Source: a virus (Duplodnaviria > Heunggongvirae > Uroviricota > Caudoviricetes). Taken from it: a DNA stretch of 64,000 bases. The notes under the pieces are model-generated. The model was given only the letters and a program-made list of their open reading frames with translations. It made no database searches and was not told where the DNA came from. Made by a program: the position numbers and the translations under genes. Shown piece after piece: positions 54,701 through 61,274 of this stretch (the stretch's first letter is position 1; every line of letters begins with the position of its first letter). The stretch spans positions 15,666 through 79,665 of IMG/VR virus record IMGVR_UViG_3300031998_000029. The stretch is one strand, 5' to 3'.

Positions 54701-55279
54701 CATCCTTGTACTTCCGTTTATATGAGTCTCTACGCGCACTTTTGCATCGGCGCTTGTTTCAGCAACGTCCGTTCCTTTGGAAAAACTTGCGTTCGCATCA
54801 TCTACAGCATCGTATAGACTCTTATAGAATAATACGGGCTTAAAGCTAGGCTGAGGGGAAAGTTCTCCGTCCTCACCGACTTCCATTATCTTTCTGTAAT
54901 TCTCCGCGCCCTGATTCGCGTCAAGCTTACTAGAAACGTCTACATCCTGAAGCGCAGTATCCGCTAATGCAAGACTGTCCTGAACATCTTGAGCCAGATC
55001 ATTCCTTTGTATATTGGTCAAATTGAGGGTGATGACAGCGTCCGGAATGTCTACTCCGCCGGACTGAAGTTTTAATTCTCCGGTTTCGGTATCGAAACTA
55101 AAGCCGTCTGCTTTGCCGCCAACCGATGTATTGAGCGCTTTGACGGCACGGTCAATGATTCGCATATTTGAATCGACCTGTGTGCCGTTCATCAGCAAAC
55201 GCCAGTCTAGGAAGGACATTGAGGTTTCAAGCGCATCAGTAAGCGCGAGACCTAAAAAATCTGTACTACTTGTACTCAT
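51713..55279 (-). CDS. tail spike/fibre protein with right-handed beta-helix repeats and C-terminal SGNH/GDSL esterase domain
   Basis: 1188 aa; beta-helix block GGIYQARGHGGFYFGGAGNTAMVQNATVRSG shared with ORF 55340-57244; C-terminal FFGDSVLGDYY (block I GDS), INYGGNDW (block III), DGINP (block V). Confidence 0.7.
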   Translation of the reverse strand: MSTSSTDFLGLALTDALETSMSFLDWRLLMNGTQVDSNMRIIDRAVKALNTSVGGKADGFSFDTETGELKLQSGGVDIPDAVITLNLTNIQRNDLAQDVQDSLALADTALQDVDVSSKLDANQGAENYRKIMEVGEDGELSPQPSFKPVLFYKSLYDAVDDANASFSKGTDVAETSADAKVRVETHINGSTRMTLLSSYTETRTCSPAVDIVIDLAGYTITVTSPAGLIRRETSSVANVTIDGSTTNSAVVMSNITSANGAAELFRWGTNAQSPSDSSELRVYGGTYSITANCRQAMTFLVQSGNILVENCDISIVSSYYDENDSNTYYVVGAYLMSRGAAVIRGCNISAKYTGRWDSETETYIYGNSRTYGIFNYQGRLTVESTDSQTTISVDARYPNSGDSRNQYIIGINTGDGSVTYLKGINVNGLHSAVNNNGNLYVDGGIYQARGHGGFYFGGAGNTAMVQNATVRSGSYIGDLTPANDANWNNSAFYIGDDSNTHPNIFLDHCTFDSSSDLQYISFRTILDAKLHISNCNLPSGKYIRMDQLGTTQTGGYNIIYVGSGCNIDADRITLRYDTDGQSTSWYYVSSEATRAAFNQNIRPYVTVNPRYVLPHVVSTSEYYGFQWTNDESVIKTLFDKVDKNQGEVNAGKPLRVGEDGGLIPKEYEYQITGTTVKYTPKSIPIITTKIKSRQTGVGLPNPDPIAVSPATNNRNVRPFVPVTTVNLSVNTDSFSKTLPDVSEGLYNWSTGRLAETFGKIVFSGSNDEMSNFAVDTNSQGLTIFKYTIPSDYTYGYGVASGLSRCSHFIAARNGYDHASYNTCGLSATGQQYIFCYNASGTTNAEKLADFQDFLQYENTNDSPVTVEYELAQERVSWGTKAAIGIISGVNVAKGSGIITVSGEMDHESLFGNDELVGAKGILSGKTAVFFGDSVLGDYYTPYDYPSYIAKFTGLNVINAGFGNTNMSYTGVHRWLSMASLAASIYDGNWTRIESGVSSSDYNDIKWWGTETNYVQYKLSMLKALDWNTVDYIVINYGGNDWLGNIPIDNPSGPTSVTSSMLSATRSVILYILGAYPHIKIIFVTPLWRWWDEYTENNPSGVVSYTDSNTQQNSENKTLKEYCDALREMATEDYQIPCFDLYRACGFNQYNRHQYFEPYDGINPFPYYNGFEHIGRLISGFMLNPGSAL

Positions 55280-55339
55280 GTATCCTCCTTTGTGTATTTA
55301 TAAATCTATTTAATTTACACATAAGTCGTATTGTATGGG

Positions 55340-57244
55340 TCACGACTGAGACCCGTAGTTTTCTCCGGTATACACCAGATGTTCTTCTATTTTTGCTGTA
55401 TCTCGTGTCAACGTCTCATTTGCTCTTGGTGTATATTGCACGTCATCTGCAAGCACAATATCCGACCACTCCACGCCATTATTCCAGTATCTGGCGGTAC
55501 GCATGTATATCTTGTCCGCCCTTAATGTGGACGTGTTAGTGTCGTACAGGTTGCAGTTTTCGCCGATATAAATCATATTATAATCATCTGGTGTATCGGG
55601 GTAAGTGTATATCCGTCCTTGCGGATCATAATCTCTCAGAAGCTGGTCTATGCGCACAAACTTACCGTCCGGAATATTTGTATTTGAAATGTAGAGCTTA
55701 CATTTCCGGCTTCGTTTAAACGAGACAAAGTCCGTACCAGCTCTGCCGCTGAGAATGCAATTATCCATATAAACAGTTGGGTTTACTACATCTGTAAGAT
55801 TCCATGTAAAATAGAAAGATACATAATTAAGAGATAACCCCGGGGGCATCAGGCTTCCCTGATAATCTCCATCTCTAAGAGTAGCGTTTCTTACATGCGC
55901 AACCGTGTTTACACCGCCGAAAACAAATCCGCCATGAGCAATTGCCTCATATATACCGCCATCTACGTTAGTGGTACCCATATCAAATACACCGGAGTTT
56001 ACTCCGGTAATATGGCAATCCTTCAAATTTAAAACGCTTGCGGAATTATGGTTGAGAATGCCATAAGTAGAAGCGCACACGCCCTCCTCATAGTAAGGTG
56101 CGTCAACAAAGATTCTGGTTCCGTCTGCGGTAACATTACTGCCGATATTCCAAACGCCGAGCGTATATGCATCACCCGATCCGGTATATCTAGTGTCTAT
56201 ATTACAGTCCTTAAGACTTATAGGATCGCTATTGTAGGCAAGAACCCCCGCAAATTGTGAACTCACAGCCGAACCGGATCCCCTGACAACAATATTGCAG
56301 CTATCTAAGTTTATTGACCCGCCGGCAATTGCATAAAAAGCGGCTCCAAAAGAACTTTCACCAAATAAAGAGTATTTTCCGCCAACTATCTTTAGTGTAG
56401 CATTGTCGTTTCCGGTATATCTCCAATACGCCAACATGAGCGCGGCATTCGGGCTTCTGAGTTCAACCTCACTTCCTGTCGTTTGACCGTTGATAGTGAC
56501 ATCTATGGCTGTGCTGCTGTCGTAGCTGATAAACCGCGCCGCAGTGGTGCTTATTTTATGTCCTGCAAGATCAAGAGAAAAACTTACCTGTGGCGTTATT
56601 ATTTCTGTCTCTCCGCAGTCGTCCAAGAGTTGCATACTTACCTGACTGCCGGTATTATCGACAACGACTTTTGCAGACTCGGCACTTGCAGTAGATCCTC
56701 TGGCAAATCCGTTATTCATGTCGGTCACAGCCTCATATAAACTCGGATAATAGTAATACGGGTCGTTTATGATCGTGGTAACTTTAGAAGTTGCGAGAAC
56801 CAGACGACTGGATGCAGGATCTCCCTGAGAACCTCCGAATGTCATGCTGTCAACTATCCCGAGCATATAAGGATCAAGTTCTCCAAGCGTGGTGCCCATA
56901 AGTGAGCCGGCGCTCGAACTTGCAATGCCGATCAGGATAGACTTTATCGTACCGACAAGCTCGCCCGAAAGGTTCAGGTATCCCGCAATGTCTTCTATGC
57001 TTACCGCCTTGCCCGTAGTCAAGATGGAGCTACTGTTAAGCACAAGCCTCGATATGTCGGGATATACATATACTTGTCCCTCTACGGGTATATCACCACC
57101 GGTGCCAACGCTTATGATAAAAGGAAATTGGATTGAAGACTTCCCAAGCCCAAAAGGAAATGTGATAGACTTACTGCTAAGTATAAACGGGACGGAATGT
57201 GTGTTATCACGCATTATAAAGGGGAATGATATTGTCTTCATCAA
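55340..57244 (-). CDS. tail spike protein (beta-helix), paralog of the N-terminal/middle part of 51713-55279
   Basis: 634 aa; shared blocks YPSLYEAVTDMNNGF / YKSLYDAVDDANASF and GGIYEAIAHGGFVFGGVNTVAHVRNATLRDG. Confidence 0.6.
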   Translation of the reverse strand: MMKTISFPFIMRDNTHSVPFILSSKSITFPFGLGKSSIQFPFIISVGTGGDIPVEGQVYVYPDISRLVLNSSSILTTGKAVSIEDIAGYLNLSGELVGTIKSILIGIASSSAGSLMGTTLGELDPYMLGIVDSMTFGGSQGDPASSRLVLATSKVTTIINDPYYYYPSLYEAVTDMNNGFARGSTASAESAKVVVDNTGSQVSMQLLDDCGETEIITPQVSFSLDLAGHKISTTAARFISYDSSTAIDVTINGQTTGSEVELRSPNAALMLAYWRYTGNDNATLKIVGGKYSLFGESSFGAAFYAIAGGSINLDSCNIVVRGSGSAVSSQFAGVLAYNSDPISLKDCNIDTRYTGSGDAYTLGVWNIGSNVTADGTRIFVDAPYYEEGVCASTYGILNHNSASVLNLKDCHITGVNSGVFDMGTTNVDGGIYEAIAHGGFVFGGVNTVAHVRNATLRDGDYQGSLMPPGLSLNYVSFYFTWNLTDVVNPTVYMDNCILSGRAGTDFVSFKRSRKCKLYISNTNIPDGKFVRIDQLLRDYDPQGRIYTYPDTPDDYNMIYIGENCNLYDTNTSTLRADKIYMRTARYWNNGVEWSDIVLADDVQYTPRANETLTRDTAKIEEHLVYTGENYGSQS

Positions 57245-57253
57245 GACACCCCT

Positions 57254-57661
57254 TTATGTAACAGTCTGGTAATCCGACAGTGTAATTTTCAGAGACTCAG
57301 CAGCTATTGTAACTGTGGTGTTGCTTTCTATAGTTCTTGCTTCGTCAAGTAGTCCGGCGGACAGCAAATGTGCTCCCGACCCGCTGCCGTCAAACAAAAC
57401 CCAATATCTGGCTTTATGATCCGAGTCAAACCATGTGGCCGTACTCTGCGGGAATGAAAGTGCGGCGGTATTTTTCACCATACCGTTAGACGGTTGAGAA
57501 AATGCTAGGATCTGCACTCTGGAGTAGGCGCCGCCGGAAGGTTCGCTGACTCCCGTTCCGCCAGCTACTGGCAATGTACTCGACAGGCCGAGCCAGAATT
57601 GACCGGAGCTATTAGTATAGGCTGTACTCATGATGGAGTTAATCCAGTATGTACTGTTCAT
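57254..57661 (-). CDS. hypothetical tail-associated protein
   Basis: ORF track; position between tail genes. Confidence 0.5.
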   Translation of the reverse strand: MNSTYWINSIMSTAYTNSSGQFWLGLSSTLPVAGGTGVSEPSGGAYSRVQILAFSQPSNGMVKNTAALSFPQSTATWFDSDHKARYWVLFDGSGSGAHLLSAGLLDEARTIESNTTVTIAAESLKITLSDYQTVT

Positions 57662-57678
57662 AAATCCAGTCCTTTCTT

Positions 57679-58071
57679 TTATCGATTATTATTCGCTTTA
57701 ATATAAATATGACCCTGGCATACCCTTGCAGCCTCGTTAGACACCGCTTCAATCTGGTATATGTATTTCCCACGAAGATCTTTGGTGTCATTCCGGGCAA
57801 AATCAAAGAAAACCAGAGCCCCTCCGTCTGTAGAAATTCTCACCTCTCCCTGCTTTGTGAGGCTGGGGGAGACAGCAACAGAACTGTCTCCGAGCCCAGA
57901 CGTAACGCCGAGAGGCGTCAGGGTTAAAGTGAACGAATATAAAGAAGCATCTTCTGTGTCATACGGAGAGCGGTCTTCATTTAGCAAAGGTATTTCCCAG
58001 GGGGTAGTATCGCCCCCATAAATTTCTAAGTCGGGGAGGCGTTCAATACAAAAATAAAATTTATCTTTCAT
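57679..58071 (-). CDS. hypothetical tail-associated protein
   Basis: ORF track. Confidence 0.5.
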   Translation of the reverse strand: MKDKFYFCIERLPDLEIYGGDTTPWEIPLLNEDRSPYDTEDASLYSFTLTLTPLGVTSGLGDSSVAVSPSLTKQGEVRISTDGGALVFFDFARNDTKDLRGKYIYQIEAVSNEAARVCQGHIYIKANNNR

Positions 58072-58073
58072 AA

Positions 58074-58874
58074 TCAGACCCCCACATTTATAGGAAACTC
58101 ACAGAATATTCTTAATATACCGTGTCCTGTTACAGTTAGGTAGTTGTCGCCTTTCACCAATCTGAAAAACTTCAGGTTGGAATTTGGATATAGGTTCAGC
58201 CCCGCATTGTTTGTGATTATACCGGCATTGTTGTCGATACAGATGGACGAAACCGCATTGGGAATGTTTTCAAACTTGAACAGCCTGTTATTGTCTGATC
58301 GGTTAAGTATAGAGAACTCCTCTCCGGGCTGAAGGATCTCAAGCTTCGGCATGTAGTATCCATGGTGGCTGCTTTCATTATAGAAAACAATTGGGGTAGC
58401 TCCGTTAATCTCATACTCGAAAGTCTGCGGATAAAGATATGCGTACTGGCTGTCGCATTCTATCTTGGCCTGAAAAGCCCAGGGTATCATTTCAAATTCT
58501 ATAATATCCAGCTTGGTCACGATGCACCGATATCTGACGTATGACAAATCTTCCTGTTCAACTTCTAGCCATAAGTATTTATCATATCCCGTCAGCCATG
58601 TAGCTATCGCGTCCATTTCATACCGGTCTAAGTATTTTCTTTCGTCAATCCTGTGCTGATTAACACCGAACACCATAGTGTGTTCCAGTTTATTGTTGTT
58701 CTTAGTACCATAAAACAATGGTTTCCATCGACTCGCAAGCTTGTCTTCCACAGGAGTGACTGTACTTGCGAACGTACCGGCGCCCTGAGTATGACTTTCG
58801 ATATCATATATCATAAGATCGAAGTCGTCGCATGGAGTCCCGTTAAATATAAATGATTTGCCCCAAAAAGCCAA
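58074..58874 (-). CDS. tail component (possible distal tail / baseplate protein)
   Basis: 266 aa; position and size only. Confidence 0.35.
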   Translation of the reverse strand: MAFWGKSFIFNGTPCDDFDLMIYDIESHTQGAGTFASTVTPVEDKLASRWKPLFYGTKNNNKLEHTMVFGVNQHRIDERKYLDRYEMDAIATWLTGYDKYLWLEVEQEDLSYVRYRCIVTKLDIIEFEMIPWAFQAKIECDSQYAYLYPQTFEYEINGATPIVFYNESSHHGYYMPKLEILQPGEEFSILNRSDNNRLFKFENIPNAVSSICIDNNAGIITNNAGLNLYPNSNLKFFRLVKGDNYLTVTGHGILRIFCEFPINVGV

Positions 58875-58908
58875 AACCGCACCTCCTTTCTATGAATATA
58901 TCCAAGAT

Positions 58909-59121
58909 TTATTCTTCTTTCAGCATGGGAGTAGCAACATTGCACTGACTCAACATGCCGATTGTTTCATTCAGTATCTGATAGCATCCGACAAGACTTG
59001 TAGCGTTTTTAATGCCCGCGACATTAATGCCGTCCAAAGCCTTGGCCACCGCGTCTATGCGCTGAATTATTCCGTTTTTAAAAGACTCGTCGAATACAAT
59101 CTTGTTAACTGTGTTTTCCAT
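58909..59121 (-). CDS. hypothetical small protein
   Basis: ORF track; RBS aaaggag. Confidence 0.4.
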   Translation of the reverse strand: MENTVNKIVFDESFKNGIIQRIDAVAKALDGINVAGIKNATSLVGCYQILNETIGMLSQCNVATPMLKEE

Positions 59122-59132
59122 AATATCTCCTT

Positions 59133-61154
59133 TTATACAAATATTTTAGGCACGGCGACACGCCATGCAGATCCGTCGTAAACGTAGGGTGTTGCGTTAT
59201 GCCACGATCCGTTGTAGTAAATTTTACACACAACAGAGCCCGCATCACTTCCACCGCCGCCCGAACCGTCCGGAGGTACAACATATAATTCCAGTCTTCC
59301 TGCATCGGTGCCTCTTACGCATCTAAACCATAAATAATACGTTTGTCCTGCTCTGACAGGGAAGCTGATGTTGAGATTCCTTGGCTGTCCGAATAAGTTG
59401 TCGTAATATATATACGAAACCGGACTTCCTTCATAGAGGTTATACATATTGTCGGTACCAACATAGCCGCAAGTTGCAAGATCTCCTGTAGTATAAAACT
59501 GTGCCGTCCCTGAATAAGCAAATCTGACATTTAATCTGTATAGATCAAACTGTTCCATGTCTACCGCGCCGTAGAACAGCGTCGTTAGAGCATCGGGCGC
59601 CACGCGAGGCTGGAGCGTCCATGGAGTATTTTCGTCTCCCTGATCGGGTATCCCGTCCCCTGGAGCAATAATCTGTATATCGAATACTCCGCCGGACTCT
59701 CCATACCGGAAGCACTTATACCAGAAATAGTATTCGGTTCCCGCCGTGACGTTTGCCGATATCTCAAGACCGCTTCCGTCTAACGACTGATTTTCAGCAG
59801 TATATAGCGAATGAAGGGGGAATCCGTCGTATAAATCGCAGTATTCAAAATCATATAAATAGTCATTGTTCTGGGAAACTACATAACCCACGCATCCGTT
59901 ATGATAGGTTGTGGAGACAATTTGAAATTTTGCCACACCCGATGTCTCAAATACAAACCTCCTGTATCCTATTTCAAAGGGCACCAGTTCGTGTTGATAT
60001 CTAAAAATCTCGTCTTCTGACAACACCGGAACCACAGTAGAATAGCGGCTTATACTCCACTCTTCGTGACGCAGAGGTGAAATTTCAACAGTAGTTGTTC
60101 CGCTTGCGTTGGCAGATTTTGGTCTCACCCAAAAGTGATAGGTATATCCATGTATTACATATATGTTGTATAGGAAATGATTTCCGTCACCGCTCACAGA
60201 CATATCTTCAAGGCTTTCCGCGTTGTATGGAATGCCCGTGGATCTATCAAATGTGGTGTTCCCTTCCATTGTAACAAATCCCACAGTCTCAAGGTCTGGC
60301 TCTCCGTCTCCTTCTAGCCCGTTATAACTAAAGAAAGAAACTCGCCCGTCCTCAGTAGCGGTGAATGTAATTTTCTGAATCTCACAAACTCCAAGAGATA
60401 TATAGTTTATTTGAGAATAGTCGCGTATCTCGATAAACATTTCACTCTTGGCTGTCCAATTCATCGCGGGAGTGTCTATGTGTGCCACGCACGACCCAGA
60501 CCAGGAAACACATTTATACCAGAAATAATATGTCGTATTCGTATCAACATTTATACTGATGCGAAAATTTCTTCCGTCTCCCGAGTTTTCATCGTAATAT
60601 ATGTAGCTGGCCGGTTCGCCGTTTCCATTGCTGAAGTCGGGCGTGGTGCCGACAAATCCGCAGGTGTCTATGTCTCCGGTGGTATAAAAAACAGCCTGTC
60701 CTGAAACATCAAATCTGCATTTGATACATCTCACATCTTCCGAGCCAAGGCTGACGCTTTGCGTATAATTCGTATACAGAGGAGAATTGCTCAGGTCTGT
60801 CGTCGTCAACCGCCAGTTTCCGATTATTTCGGGAAGAGGTTCGCCTCCTCCTTGCCCTCCGCCTCCGGATCCGCCGCCTCCTTCGCCGCCTCCGCCGGAC
60901 GTGTTTGTTATTGTTATTGAAAACTCTCCGGATGCCAGTTCATGCCACAATCTGCACCAGAAATAATATGTGCCCGGCTCCAGTGTATGCGTAATGTCAA
61001 AATTTCCGGTGGCCGGGGTGTCCGATACCACAAGATCGGTAGGCACGCTGGTATCTACATCAAAGTTATTGCTTGTAGAAATATACCCGTATACATGTTT
61101 TGTGCCGGTAGAGTAATACCTGACAGTACGGCTCGATCCCACAACTACCGGCAT
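59133..61154 (-). CDS. tail fibre/receptor-binding protein with four internal repeats and Gly-rich linker
   Basis: 673 aa; ~100 aa repeat recurring 4x (FYTTGD[IL].TCG[FY]VGT...YIYYD...YY[FL]W[YF][KR]C); linker GGGGEGGGGSGGGGQGGGEP. Confidence 0.6.
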   Translation of the reverse strand: MPVVVGSSRTVRYYSTGTKHVYGYISTSNNFDVDTSVPTDLVVSDTPATGNFDITHTLEPGTYYFWCRLWHELASGEFSITITNTSGGGGEGGGGSGGGGQGGGEPLPEIIGNWRLTTTDLSNSPLYTNYTQSVSLGSEDVRCIKCRFDVSGQAVFYTTGDIDTCGFVGTTPDFSNGNGEPASYIYYDENSGDGRNFRISINVDTNTTYYFWYKCVSWSGSCVAHIDTPAMNWTAKSEMFIEIRDYSQINYISLGVCEIQKITFTATEDGRVSFFSYNGLEGDGEPDLETVGFVTMEGNTTFDRSTGIPYNAESLEDMSVSGDGNHFLYNIYVIHGYTYHFWVRPKSANASGTTTVEISPLRHEEWSISRYSTVVPVLSEDEIFRYQHELVPFEIGYRRFVFETSGVAKFQIVSTTYHNGCVGYVVSQNNDYLYDFEYCDLYDGFPLHSLYTAENQSLDGSGLEISANVTAGTEYYFWYKCFRYGESGGVFDIQIIAPGDGIPDQGDENTPWTLQPRVAPDALTTLFYGAVDMEQFDLYRLNVRFAYSGTAQFYTTGDLATCGYVGTDNMYNLYEGSPVSYIYYDNLFGQPRNLNISFPVRAGQTYYLWFRCVRGTDAGRLELYVVPPDGSGGGGSDAGSVVCKIYYNGSWHNATPYVYDGSAWRVAVPKIFV

Positions 61155-61274
61155 GCAATATATCTCCCAATAGTTTAAATCAGACTCAAGATATATATCT
61201 TCCTGAATAGATTGATCCAGAGTGCGCCATACCGATGATTCCCTTTTTACCCAGCTAATATGACATCACCCCTT

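Noticed and set aside
1988-60704. Antisense ORFs nested in strand-polarised operons (e.g. 1988..2278-, 11023..11556-, 14327..14827-, 29308..29853-, 30052..30534-, 42895..43386-, 59753..60004+, 61791..62453+)
   Set aside because: Each overlaps a longer, better-supported gene on the opposite strand with RBS and known domains; typical shadow ORFs.
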